Notes under the pieces: generated by a model
Database searches by the model: none
What the model was told of the DNA's origin: nothing
Seen by the model: the letters and a program-made list of their open reading frames with translations, nothing else
Translations under genes and position numbers: made by a program
From: Candidatus Woesearchaeota archaeon
GTDB lineage: Archaea > Nanobdellota > Nanobdellia > SCGC-AAA011-G17 > PNOQ01
DNA: 64,000 bases
NCBI GenBank assembly: GCA_018302135.1
Contig: JAGWAE010000002.1
Location: 11,803 to 75,802 of the forward strand
Reading direction: 5' to 3'
Shown: one piece after another, positions 29,076 through 38,104 of the stretch
Layout of the letters: each line of letters opens with the position of its first letter
Numbering within the stretch: the first letter of the stretch is position 1

Positions 29076-29450
29076 TTAATTTTTCTTTTTCTTCCAGTTT
29101 ATAATAAATAATATTCCTATAATAAATGCAATTCCGGAAATTTGTATAGCCCAAGACAGCATATACCATTCAAACTGATTTTTCAAAGCATTCATAACAA
29201 TTAGAAAGATATATACTAGCCCAGCTAAAATGAAAGCAATCCCTCCTACTATTTCACGTTTCCAAGATATTAATATTACGATTAATAGAATAAATGCTGG
29301 AATGTTATGTATTAGTAAAGCTCCAATTGTTTGCCAGAAAGTTAGTTCTAACGAAAAGACATCTAAGGACATTAAAAATAGGAAAAATACGAATATAATT
29401 GATAATATTCTTGGTGTCCAGTACACAAATTTGCTAACTTTTCTTTTCAT
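29076..29450 (-). CDS. Hypothetical integral membrane protein (4 TM)
   Basis: Hydrophobic 124-aa ORF. Confidence 0.45.
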   Translation of the reverse strand: MKRKVSKFVYWTPRILSIIFVFFLFLMSLDVFSLELTFWQTIGALLIHNIPAFILLIVILISWKREIVGGIAFILAGLVYIFLIVMNALKNQFEWYMLSWAIQISGIAFIIGILFIINWKKKKN

Positions 29451-29529
29451 AATTAAAAGTTAAATTGTGAGTATTTAAAATATTTGATTTATAAAAAGAT
29501 TTAAAAATCAATTAAGTACACTTTTTGCT

Positions 29530-30537
29530 ATGGAAGCTAAGTTTATTTTAAACAAAAGGAAAGCAATTGAACAGTTAGAAATAGTTAAAGAACTAGCAGA
29601 TGAAGTTTCTTATAGTTTTAAAACTAATAACGAAGTTGGAAAAATTTTAGAAGGAAAATGCTTGTTTAGTGTACATAGTTTTGAGGATTTAAGTTTGATA
29701 AAAGATAAGTCAAAAGTTTGGTACTTTCCACAAGCTTGGAATAAAGAGTTAGTAACAGAAATATTAAAAGAAGAGGTGAATAGTTTTGTTATTGATAATG
29801 AAAATGATTTGAAAGTTTTATTAGAGAATACAAATAAAGAAATTAATTTATTATTAAGAATGAAATTAAAGGAACATACTATCCATACTGGAAAATATTT
29901 TGTTTTTGGATTTAATAGTGAAAAAATAAATAAATTATTGCCAGAATTAAGAAGAAATAAAAAAATAAAAAAGTTAGGAATACATTTTCATAGAAAAACG
30001 CAAAATGTGAGTGAATGGTCACTAAAAGAAGAATTTATTGATAATATATCAAATGAAAATTTAAAAAATATAGACTTAATAAATATTGGTGGCGGATTGC
30101 CTGCTGAATATAAAAATTATAGAAAGGAAGTTATTAACAATATATTTTTCAAGATTAGTGAATTAAGAAAATTTTTGAATTCTAAAAATATTAAAATGGC
30201 TATTGAGCCGGGAAGATTTATTGCTGCCCCTGCTGTAAAATTAGAATGTGAAATAATAAGTGTATATGATAATAATATAACTGTGAACTGTTCAGTTTAT
30301 AATTCTGATATGGATGTTTTTGTTGCAAATGTTAGGTTATTAGTTGAAAATGAATTAGAAAAAGGGGAAGGTTATACAATAAAAGGGTGTACTCCAGATT
30401 CTATGGACATATTTAGATATAATGTTTTTTTGAAAAAACCAAAAGCCGGGGATAAGATAGTTTTCCTAAACGCTGGCGCTTATAATTTTTCTAGTAACTA
30501 TTTTAATTTACCAAAGATTAAAACTGTTGTTGAATAA
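29530..30537 (+). CDS. PLP-dependent Orn/DAP/Arg decarboxylase family 2 protein (likely polyamine biosynthesis)
   Basis: PLP-lysine context FSFKTNNEV. Motifs IGIHFHRKTQ, INIGGGLPAEY, AIEPGRFIAAPAV. Confidence 0.7.
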   Translation: MEAKFILNKRKAIEQLEIVKELADEVSYSFKTNNEVGKILEGKCLFSVHSFEDLSLIKDKSKVWYFPQAWNKELVTEILKEEVNSFVIDNENDLKVLLENTNKEINLLLRMKLKEHTIHTGKYFVFGFNSEKINKLLPELRRNKKIKKLGIHFHRKTQNVSEWSLKEEFIDNISNENLKNIDLINIGGGLPAEYKNYRKEVINNIFFKISELRKFLNSKNIKMAIEPGRFIAAPAVKLECEIISVYDNNITVNCSVYNSDMDVFVANVRLLVENELEKGEGYTIKGCTPDSMDIFRYNVFLKKPKAGDKIVFLNAGAYNFSSNYFNLPKIKTVVE

Positions 30538-30561
30538 ATTTATAAATAACTTATACTTTGT

Positions 30562-31965
30562 TTGAGTATGGATTATGAAAAAATTCAGTTTAAGGCTGGT
30601 TTGGAAATACATCAACAGTTAGAAACACATAAATTATTTTGCAATTGTCCTTCTGAATTAAAAGATGAACCCCATGAGATATTAATCAAAAGAAGATTAA
30701 GAGCAGTTCCTGGTGAAGAAGGTGAAGTTGATGTTGCGGCGGAATATGAAAGCCTAAAAAATAAAGAATTTATTTATGAAGGATATAAAGATAGTTCGTG
30801 TCTTGTTGAATTTGATGAAGAACCTCCACATAATATAAATCAAGATGCTTTAGATATTGTTTTGCAGATTTGTAAAATGTTAAATTGTAAAATTGTTGAT
30901 GAAATACAAGTAATGAGAAAAATTGTTGTTGATGGATCAAATACTTCAGGTTTTCAGAGAACCATGTTAGTGGGTTATGATGGAAAATTAGAAACTAGTA
31001 AAGGAATTGTAAAAGTTGATAGTGTTTGTTTAGAGGAAGATTCTGCAAGAAAAATTGCAAAAAATGATAATTCTATTATTTATAGATTAGATAGATTAGG
31101 AATCCCATTAATAGAAATTGGAACTAAACCAGATATAAAAAATCCAGAGCATTGCAAAGAAACAGCTGAATTAATTGGAATGATATTGAGAAGCACGGGA
31201 AAAGTTAAAAGAGGATTAGGTACAATAAGGCAAGATGTTAATGTTTCTATTAAAAATGGAGCAAGAGTTGAAATAAAAGGTTTTCAAGATTTGAGAAATA
31301 TGCCTAAAATTATTGAGTATGAAATTGAAAGACAATTAAAGGAAATTGTGAAGCAAGAAGTTAGAAAGGCTAATAGTGATGGAACTACTTCTTTTTTAAG
31401 ACCTATACCTGGTGCAGGAAGAATGTATCCAGAAACAGATGTAAAACCAATAATTATTGATAATAAACGATTAGATAAAATTAAATTACCGGAATTAATA
31501 GATGAAAAAATATTAAGATATGAAAAACAAGGATTGAGCTCTGAGTTAGCTAGAAGTTTCGTTAAATCTGGGTTTGAATTAGAAGATTATGATTATAAAT
31601 TAGATAAAACTTTGATAGCTAGTGTTTTAGTTGAAGTTCCTAAAGATTTGAAAGCTAGATATAATATTGAATATGAATTCAAAGAGAAAGATTATAGATT
31701 TGTTTTAGATGCTTTAGAGAAAGATAAAATAAGTAAAAGCGCAGTTACTGAGATTATGTTAGAAATTGCCCAAGACAAAAAAATCGAGTTGAATAAATTT
31801 GAAAAAGTTAATGAAAACAAGCTAGAGGAAGAAATCAAAAAAATTGTTCATGAGAATAAAAATTTGAGTGATGGTGCATTAATGGGGATTATAATGAAAA
31901 GGTTTAAGAATACAGCAGACGGTAAATTAATAGCATCAATTTTGGCGAAATATAAAAATGGATAA
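30562..31965 (+). CDS. gatE: GatE/GatB-family amidotransferase subunit (probable partner of GatD, unusually short at 467 aa)
   Basis: N-terminus MSMDYEKIQFKAGLEIHQQLETHKLFCNCPSEL matches the GatE/GatB catalytic domain. C-terminal GatB/YqeY-like helical region. GatD is in the same window. Confidence 0.75.
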   Translation: MSMDYEKIQFKAGLEIHQQLETHKLFCNCPSELKDEPHEILIKRRLRAVPGEEGEVDVAAEYESLKNKEFIYEGYKDSSCLVEFDEEPPHNINQDALDIVLQICKMLNCKIVDEIQVMRKIVVDGSNTSGFQRTMLVGYDGKLETSKGIVKVDSVCLEEDSARKIAKNDNSIIYRLDRLGIPLIEIGTKPDIKNPEHCKETAELIGMILRSTGKVKRGLGTIRQDVNVSIKNGARVEIKGFQDLRNMPKIIEYEIERQLKEIVKQEVRKANSDGTTSFLRPIPGAGRMYPETDVKPIIIDNKRLDKIKLPELIDEKILRYEKQGLSSELARSFVKSGFELEDYDYKLDKTLIASVLVEVPKDLKARYNIEYEFKEKDYRFVLDALEKDKISKSAVTEIMLEIAQDKKIELNKFEKVNENKLEEEIKKIVHENKNLSDGALMGIIMKRFKNTADGKLIASILAKYKNG

Positions 31966-32224
31966 AGAACATTTAAATTATGTTATCGATATGGGTTTGC
32001 TGATATCTTTCTTGATTGTGATTGTAACGGGTATAATAAAATTTCGTGCGTTAATGAATATTTTTGGTTTGGATTATAGCAGTCTACCGATGAAATTATT
32101 TAGTGTATGGCATGATTGGGCTGGATTAGTAATGGTTGTTTTAGTCTTAGTACATTTAATACTGCATTGGAGATGGATTGTTATTGTTACTAAAGATATT
32201 TTTAAAAGTAAAAAGAAAAGGTAA
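31958..32224 (+). CDS. Small membrane protein (2 TM), overlaps gatE stop
   Basis: 88-aa ORF, hydrophobic with His residues, co-directional with and coupled to gatE. Confidence 0.45.
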   Translation: MDKEHLNYVIDMGLLISFLIVIVTGIIKFRALMNIFGLDYSSLPMKLFSVWHDWAGLVMVVLVLVHLILHWRWIVIVTKDIFKSKKKR

Positions 32225-32299
32225 ATATTTTCTAATTTTTGAAAAACGAAAAATTTATAAATAGTTATGAATATATATTCATAATCAATTAGGAGGTAA

Positions 32300-32452
32300 A
32301 TGAAAATGCCGAATAGAGATGGAACTGGACCCGGAGGTAAGGGATCAAGAACTGGAAGACAGATGGGCAAATGTGAGGGTGCTAATCCTGGACCAGGTTG
32401 TAGTAGGTTAAGTAGTGGTAGAGGAAGATTTAGGAATAGACAAAATGCCTAG
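32300..32452 (+). CDS. Small Gly/Arg-rich protein of the MPxxDGTGP (DUF5320-like) type, 50 aa
   Basis: MKMPNRDGTGPGGKGSRTGRQMGKCEGANPGPGCSRL..., preceded by a perfect SD AGGAGGT. Stop overlaps the start of the DUF134 gene. Confidence 0.5.
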   Translation: MKMPNRDGTGPGGKGSRTGRQMGKCEGANPGPGCSRLSSGRGRFRNRQNA

Positions 32453-32744
32453 ACCATGTATGAGAAGAAGAGTGAGAGGAAGACCTAACTCTTATTATTT
32501 TAAGCCGGCGGGAGTTAGAATGATTGAATTAGAGGAAATTATCTTAGAAATGGATGAGTTTGAAGCTTTAAGGCTAAAGGATTTTGAACAGTTAGAACAA
32601 GAATCTGCTGCCGAAAAAATGAGAATCTCTCAACCTACTTTTCATAGAATATTATTGTCTGCTAGAAAAAAAGTTTCTGATGCAATAATCAATGGGAAAG
32701 CTATAAAAATAGACGGATCTAGTATTAAAAAAAATGAAAACTAA
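32445..32744 (+). CDS. DUF134 (UPF0251) family protein
   Basis: MPRPCMRRRVRGRP...FKPAGV...LEEIILEMDEFEALRLKD...QEQESAAEKMRISQPTFHRILLSARKKVSDAIINGKAIKI matches the DUF134 pattern. Start trimmed to MPRPC. Confidence 0.7.
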   Translation: MPRPCMRRRVRGRPNSYYFKPAGVRMIELEEIILEMDEFEALRLKDFEQLEQESAAEKMRISQPTFHRILLSARKKVSDAIINGKAIKIDGSSIKKNEN

Positions 32745-32907
32745 TAAATTAATCATTTCAGTCTTAATATTAGGTTATTTAGTATTATTATTCTTTCCTA
32801 ACCCAGAAGATAACTTTATTGCTTATTTTTCAATTATGCTGTTATTTATAGCAATTATTATATTCTTATTAAAAAAAAGAAAGAAAAAATTAAGACCAGT
32901 CAAATAG
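32734..32907 (+). CDS. Small 2-TM membrane protein (57 aa)
   Basis: MKTNKLIISVLILGYLVLLFFPNPEDNFIAYFSIMLLFIAIIIFLLKKRKKKLRPVK, overlaps the DUF134 stop. Not in the ORF track. Confidence 0.3.
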   Translation: MKTNKLIISVLILGYLVLLFFPNPEDNFIAYFSIMLLFIAIIIFLLKKRKKKLRPVK

Positions 32908-33549
32908 GCCTTTAGATTTCTTTTCTTGTTGAGCTAGCTCTTTAAGTCTTGTTTGTTCTTGAGTCATTAATTGTATTTGCTCTTGCATTAAATCTTTAAC
33001 TTCTTGATCACATTGACATTCAGTTCTTAATTGAGTTAGTTGTTGTATTCTCAATTGATTTTGTTCTACTTCAGATTCTAATTCTGTTGCTGTAGTTTCA
33101 TCTCCACCTGCGAAGAATCTAGCAAGTCCAGACCTTGTTTGTATTTTTTCTTCTGCTCTTATTGTAGACATTACTGAATTGTTAAATTGTCTAGCTATTG
33201 CTGAAACATTTTTTCCGATTCCACCAGTCATGTTTTCCATTGATAATAATGCATGGACTGCTAATCTAACTTGATTTTGGTTTTGATATACTTTTTGTTG
33301 TTTTTCATTTAAACCAGACATTTCTTGATTCATTGTTTGTTGTCTTTCCTGCATCATTGATCTAACTTCATTTGTATTTCTAAATTGTATAACATCGCCT
33401 GCATTGTTTGTTTGCTCATTGGTTGAGATAACATTGTTGCCTACTTCATCATCTTGATTTGAATTGGTTTGTGAATTGTCGGAGCCTTGAGCGGCAAAAA
33501 CAAAACTGGAAACTAACAAAATCAATACTAAAAATATTGCTTTATTCAT
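32890..33549 (-). CDS. Secreted Gln/Asn-rich coiled-coil protein
   Basis: Signal peptide MNKAIFLVLILLVSSFVFA. Q-rich heptad-like sequence. SD GGAGGTG upstream. Confidence 0.55.
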   Translation of the reverse strand: MNKAIFLVLILLVSSFVFAAQGSDNSQTNSNQDDEVGNNVISTNEQTNNAGDVIQFRNTNEVRSMMQERQQTMNQEMSGLNEKQQKVYQNQNQVRLAVHALLSMENMTGGIGKNVSAIARQFNNSVMSTIRAEEKIQTRSGLARFFAGGDETTATELESEVEQNQLRIQQLTQLRTECQCDQEVKDLMQEQIQLMTQEQTRLKELAQQEKKSKGLFDWS

Positions 33550-33613
33550 AAAACGACACCTCCTTATATCTATAAAATTAGATATTATATATATAAATCT
33601 TACGTTAAATGTT

Positions 33614-33787
33614 TTAATTATTTAAAATTTTTTTGAACTCTTCTTCATTCATTAAATTTTCATCTTTTAATTTTTGTGCAATAATTAAATTTAATTCTTT
33701 ATCTATAGTGGAGTCTACGAGATTTACGTAAACCATAAATCTTAACAACAATTCTTTGTCTATCTTTTTTATTACTTCTTTTTTCAT
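33614..33787 (-). CDS. Small ORF (57 aa) immediately downstream of tldE
   Basis: MKKEVIKKIDKELLLRFMVYVNLVDSTIDKELNLIIAQKLKDENLMNEEEFKKILNN. ATG 3 nt after the tldE stop. Confidence 0.3.
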   Translation of the reverse strand: MKKEVIKKIDKELLLRFMVYVNLVDSTIDKELNLIIAQKLKDENLMNEEEFKKILNN

Positions 33788-33790
33788 TTT

Positions 33791-35089
33791 TTAGTTCGTT
33801 GGTTTTGTAATATTAACTTCTTTTATTAATATTGGGGCCATTATACATGGCGTATCTGCTTCCCAACTAGTTATTTGTTCTTTTTCTTTACCAAATAGTC
33901 TTATGTTTTTGAGTAAATTTAAAATATTATCTGAGACTCTTAAATTTTTAACGGGTTCTGAAATAACTCCATTTTTTATTAAAAACATTCCATCTCTAGG
34001 TATTGTTGAAAAATCACCAGTTGTATAATTTTGAAATCTTGTGTACCATGTGTTTGTTATGTATAATCCATTTTTTACATCAAAAACATTACCTTTTTCT
34101 CCATCTAAGACTAAATTGTGTGGATGAGGAGATATAATCCCTGCATTTCCTGTAGATTTAGTTTTATATCTTTGAGCAGAAGAGTTATTATGTAAATAAG
34201 TTTTTAAAATTCCATTCTGAGTTATATTTGTTTTTTGTGTTGGATATCCTTCTGAATCAAATTTTAAGGAACCTGCTCCGTTTTCTAAATTACCATCATC
34301 TATTAATTCAAAATCTCCGAGTTTTTTTCCTAATTTATCTTGAAAGAAAGACATTCCAGATTCAACATTAAATATTGAAGTCGCCGAACCAATATTTTCT
34401 AAAATTGGCGCAAATGCTAAAGGTGAAAATATAACATCATATTTGCCAGCAATTCCTTCTTTTGGATTTAATGATAGTTTTGCTATTTCTCCTGCTTCTT
34501 TTCCAATTTGTTCTGGATTAAACTTAGATAAAACTCTTGAAGTAGCTGTTTTATGGCCCGAGGCTTCTTTTGTTTTTAATGCTCTTACAGATAAATATAA
34601 ACTTGAAGATTTGTCTTCTTGTTTTATTCCTGTAGATGTTAATATTGATAATTTACCATAAGATTTTTCGAAAGTTCCTGAAACTCTTGAAGAATTTTTT
34701 AATGCTGCGTTAATAGTTGATTCTACAACATCAACTTCATCCAAATTTTCAACTTTTGGATCATAAATATCTTTTATTTCTTTGTATGTATATTTATTTT
34801 CTGGTATGTTTACAAAGTTTTTATTTGGTTGTGAATATTGCAGAAAGTTTTTTAATTTTGAAATTGTCTTTTTTATAGATTCCTCATCAAATTCTTTTAT
34901 TGAAGTCATTACTATTCTTTTATCTTTTGAAACAAAAACTTCAACACTAGATGTTGATTCAATACCTGTTTTTACAATTTTATTGTTTACAAACTTGACC
35001 ATTGATTCGTTTATTGAGAATTTCTTCAAAATGATAGTATCAACTTTTTCTTTTAATAACAATTCTTTTATTCTTTCTAAGTCTTGCAT
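33791..35089 (-). CDS. TldE/PmbA-family metalloprotease-like protein
   Basis: 432 aa with PmbA/TldD fold features (GAGSLKFDSEGYPTQ...). Lacks the HExxxH of TldD. Confidence 0.7.
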   Translation of the reverse strand: MQDLERIKELLLKEKVDTIILKKFSINESMVKFVNNKIVKTGIESTSSVEVFVSKDKRIVMTSIKEFDEESIKKTISKLKNFLQYSQPNKNFVNIPENKYTYKEIKDIYDPKVENLDEVDVVESTINAALKNSSRVSGTFEKSYGKLSILTSTGIKQEDKSSSLYLSVRALKTKEASGHKTATSRVLSKFNPEQIGKEAGEIAKLSLNPKEGIAGKYDVIFSPLAFAPILENIGSATSIFNVESGMSFFQDKLGKKLGDFELIDDGNLENGAGSLKFDSEGYPTQKTNITQNGILKTYLHNNSSAQRYKTKSTGNAGIISPHPHNLVLDGEKGNVFDVKNGLYITNTWYTRFQNYTTGDFSTIPRDGMFLIKNGVISEPVKNLRVSDNILNLLKNIRLFGKEKEQITSWEADTPCIMAPILIKEVNITKPTN

Positions 35090-35092
35090 GTT

Positions 35093-35329
35093 TTAACCTT
35101 CTCTTAATTCTCTTAAATATCTTTCCTTTTCTGCTTCATCTTCTCCGAAGTAATAATCAACACCATCTAACATCATTGCCCCAATCAGTTCATCTTCTAA
35201 ATCGTTTATATGTACTTTGCACATACTTGCCCTTTCTGGTCTCATGCTATCTATAGTACTCGCTAAATCATGTTTATATGTATTTAACCAAAAATTTGCT
35301 ATATCAAAATCTCCATTTGCAATGCTCAT
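35093..35329 (-). CDS. Hypothetical small protein (78 aa)
   Basis: ORF between tldE and the PD-(D/E)XK nuclease gene, same strand. Confidence 0.4.
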   Translation of the reverse strand: MSIANGDFDIANFWLNTYKHDLASTIDSMRPERASMCKVHINDLEDELIGAMMLDGVDYYFGEDEAEKERYLRELREG

Positions 35330-35378
35330 GTAAATTAATTGAGCATAATGGGTTTCATATATTTCTAAGGGATCATTT

Positions 35379-36137
35379 TCAAGATGTTTTTAATGGATAA
35401 TCTTCAATATCTTCTGAAATAGTTTTTTCTTGAATAGACCTACATTCATTTTTGGCAAAATCTATTAATTCATCATTTACTTCTAGATAATGTGGTTTAT
35501 GTTTTAAGAAGTCTATACCTACTATATTTGGTTTCTTTCCATGCTGTTCTTCGTATAATAATGCGTAGATGGCTAATTGTAATTTATACTCTTGCGTTAT
35601 TAGCTCTTTTGCAGAGGTTTTATAATCCATTAAGCTTACTTTGCCATCAATATTATGAACTGCATCAACAAATCCTTGTACTTGAAATTCTGGCGAAACA
35701 AAATGAACTTCAGTCATTGGTTTCAAAATAGAAAAGGCAGATTCAATTGACATTTCTTTTATCTTTGGGTTTAATTTTCTCAAAAAGTTACCATACCAAT
35801 TATTTAACATTTGAATAGATTCTTCATAATAAAAATCTAATTGTTCGGGAGTTAATTTTATTTTTCTTAACTCTTCAGAGAAATCCTGCCACTTCTGATT
35901 GAATAGACTGTTTAGAACTACTTTTAATTCAAACTCGTAATATTCTTCACTTATTTTTAATATGTCTATCTTAAAGAAATCTTCTAAAGCTAGATGAACT
36001 ATTTTACCTCTGGTTAAATGAATTGAAGGAACTTTTTTTTGTAATCCTAATATGTATTGATAATAATATTTTCTTGGACATTGTTTGAATGTATTAATAG
36101 AGCTAGGACTCTGTACACGTTGCACCATTATCGACAT
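35379..36137 (-). CDS. PD-(D/E)XK nuclease superfamily protein (RecB/Cas4-like, without C-terminal Fe-S cysteines)
   Basis: N-terminal FKQCPRKYYYQYILG, motif II D (VDAVH), motif III MDYKT (D/ExK), QxxxY (QLAIYALL). Only one C-terminal Cys, so no Cas4-type Fe-S cluster. Confidence 0.6.
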   Translation of the reverse strand: MSIMVQRVQSPSSINTFKQCPRKYYYQYILGLQKKVPSIHLTRGKIVHLALEDFFKIDILKISEEYYEFELKVVLNSLFNQKWQDFSEELRKIKLTPEQLDFYYEESIQMLNNWYGNFLRKLNPKIKEMSIESAFSILKPMTEVHFVSPEFQVQGFVDAVHNIDGKVSLMDYKTSAKELITQEYKLQLAIYALLYEEQHGKKPNIVGIDFLKHKPHYLEVNDELIDFAKNECRSIQEKTISEDIEDYPLKTS

Positions 36138-36251
36138 AAAAAAGTGGTTAAGTTTTAAAGTATATCTTAGTTTGAGTATATATTTTGGGTTATATGCTTA
36201 GAAAAGTTTTTAAATAGGAAAATCAAAATTTAGCTTAAATGGAGGGGGTTC

Positions 36252-36467
36252 TTGATGGTTAGAAAATCTAAAAAATCGTCTAAATTACTTAGTACTAGGA
36301 AGTATATGACTGTTAATAAAAGAGCTGGTTTAGTTTTTGCTGGAATAGTTTCATTAATCTTAGGTTGGATTTTGTGGGAAGGTGTGTTGACTATTGAACA
36401 ATCCATAGCTATACTATTGTATATTGCTGGTGCCTTGAAAATATTATGGGGACTATTTTGGAAATAA
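36252..36467 (+). CDS. Small 2-TM membrane protein, DUF308/HdeD-like repeat
   Basis: SD GGAGGGGG. Hydrophobic pattern LILGWILWEGVLTIEQSIAILLYIAGALKILWG. Confidence 0.5.
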   Translation: MMVRKSKKSSKLLSTRKYMTVNKRAGLVFAGIVSLILGWILWEGVLTIEQSIAILLYIAGALKILWGLFWK

Positions 36468-36479
36468 GGGAGGTTAAAA

Positions 36480-36674
36480 ATGGCAGATAAAAAGAAAATG
36501 ATTGAAAGTTGTAGTTGTTGTCCAAGCAAGGGATTTTTTATGTTTAAAGGGATAGTTGCTATACTTTTAGGTTTAATATTATGGTTTGATTACTTAAGTT
36601 TTTCACAAGTAATCGCAATAACGTTTGTTTTATACGGAATAAAAAAGTTATTTTATGGATGTTGTAGCAAATAA
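36480..36674 (+). CDS. Small 2-TM membrane protein, paralog of the preceding gene
   Basis: SD GGGAGG. AILLGLILWFDYLSFSQVIAITFVLYGIKKLFYG, similar in architecture to 36252-36467. Confidence 0.5.
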   Translation: MADKKKMIESCSCCPSKGFFMFKGIVAILLGLILWFDYLSFSQVIAITFVLYGIKKLFYGCCSK

Positions 36675-37475
36675 TTATTTATTGCAAACTACATAAGATC
36701 CTTTTTCATTTCTATTTATTTTTTCAAAACCAGCTTTTTTTAATCTTAAGGTTATTTCTGATGTAAAATCTCGGCCACGTTTTATATGGTGCTGGGGGAT
36801 GTAATGATATAATATTCCATGTTTTTTTAAAACTCTATAAACTTCTTTATAATTATTTAATGAAAAGAAATTTCCTGAAGACCTTGGAGTACCGGCATCT
36901 AAGATTATATTGTCAAAACTTTCATTTTGAAATTTTTTAATTTCTTCTGATAAATCTCCAATTATCAACTCAATTTTTTTGTTTGTAAATAAATCTTGTG
37001 AATATGGATTGAATTTCGCTATTTCTATAACTGTTTTATCTATCTCAATTGTAGTTATTTTATCTGCAGTTTTTGCTAGTCCGATTGAAGTATAACCCAA
37101 ACCAGTTCCAGAATCTAAAATATTACCTTTTAATTTATCTTGAATTATTCTTTCTACAAATTCTTTTTTATGCATTGATGTGCCAGAGATTTGTAATATT
37201 GGATTTTTTGAAGTTGGAATTAATTTATATAAATTGTTATTAACAAAAAATTGAGCTTTCTGTAGATTATTTTTCATTAATATATAACAACATTTATCAT
37301 ATCTTTTTATTTTTGTTGTTATAATTCTTTTTCCTTCATAAATAATGCCCGTAGTTGTTAATTTAACTATAGTTTTTGTTAGGTTTAAATCTAAAGAAAC
37401 TTCTATTTCTTTTTTGTTATTCTCTATTGCTTCGTTAATTCTTTCTATTTCTCTAGAGTCTATGATTAAATTCAT
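36675..37475 (-). CDS. Class I SAM-dependent methyltransferase with N-terminal extra domain
   Basis: Motif I ILDSGTGLGYTSIGLA. Acidic motif II IIGDLSE. Confidence 0.6.
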   Translation of the reverse strand: MNLIIDSREIERINEAIENNKKEIEVSLDLNLTKTIVKLTTTGIIYEGKRIITTKIKRYDKCCYILMKNNLQKAQFFVNNNLYKLIPTSKNPILQISGTSMHKKEFVERIIQDKLKGNILDSGTGLGYTSIGLAKTADKITTIEIDKTVIEIAKFNPYSQDLFTNKKIELIIGDLSEEIKKFQNESFDNIILDAGTPRSSGNFFSLNNYKEVYRVLKKHGILYHYIPQHHIKRGRDFTSEITLRLKKAGFEKINRNEKGSYVVCNK

Positions 37476-37506
37476 AGTTATTTGAAGAAAAAGTTATTTA
37501 ATAAGC

Positions 37507-37842
37507 TTATGCTAAATTTCCAATGAAATAATTTTTGAGATTTTCTTTAGCTGAACTTGAGTGTTTACTAAACATCTGTGTTGCATCTTTACCACAGCCA
37601 TCAATTATTTTTTCATTTGGATGATCTGGAATATAATCTGTAACATCATAAACTTTACTTTCAATTGCTAACCAACAATCTTCTTTTGATTTGTGATTAG
37701 AAATATCTTGTATTGTGTATGAGGTTATTTCATTTGTAGTATTGTCTTCTATTTTTATTGGTTCTGAATTTATATTATCGGTACAACTGCTAATAAATAA
37801 TGTAAAAATTAATAAAATTGTTATTAAAAATATTTGTTTCAT
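37507..37842 (-). CDS. Secreted/lipoprotein-like cytochrome b5-like heme-binding domain protein
   Basis: Signal/lipobox-like N-terminus (LFISSCTDN). WLAIESKVYDVTDYIPDHPNEKIIDGCGKDAT fits the cytochrome b5 heme-binding pattern (HP...G.DAT). Confidence 0.55.
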   Translation of the reverse strand: MKQIFLITILLIFTLFISSCTDNINSEPIKIEDNTTNEITSYTIQDISNHKSKEDCWLAIESKVYDVTDYIPDHPNEKIIDGCGKDATQMFSKHSSSAKENLKNYFIGNLA

Positions 37843-38104
37843 TTGATTATTGTAAAAGTTTGATTTATAAATTTTGTGTAGAATAAATAGTTTTATAAAT
37901 TATGTTTTCCTTTTAATTTTAGAGCCCTGCTCCTTAAACTCTTAGAGAATCCTTATGGACTCTGTGACTAAGAGAGAATAAGTGGGGCTTCATAATCAGT
38001 TATGATTTAACTTCCAAAAGCTTTTTAAATAGTTAATTTATAGCTTTACAAGAGGATCAAAAACTACTTTTATATTATTTTAAATGATTAGGAGCGTGAA
38101 AAAA

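Noticed and set aside
36230-36529. 99-aa minus-strand ORF overlapping both DUF308-like genes
   Set aside because: Antisense to two SD-preceded small membrane-protein genes with sensible TM patterns. The antisense frame is a compositional artifact.
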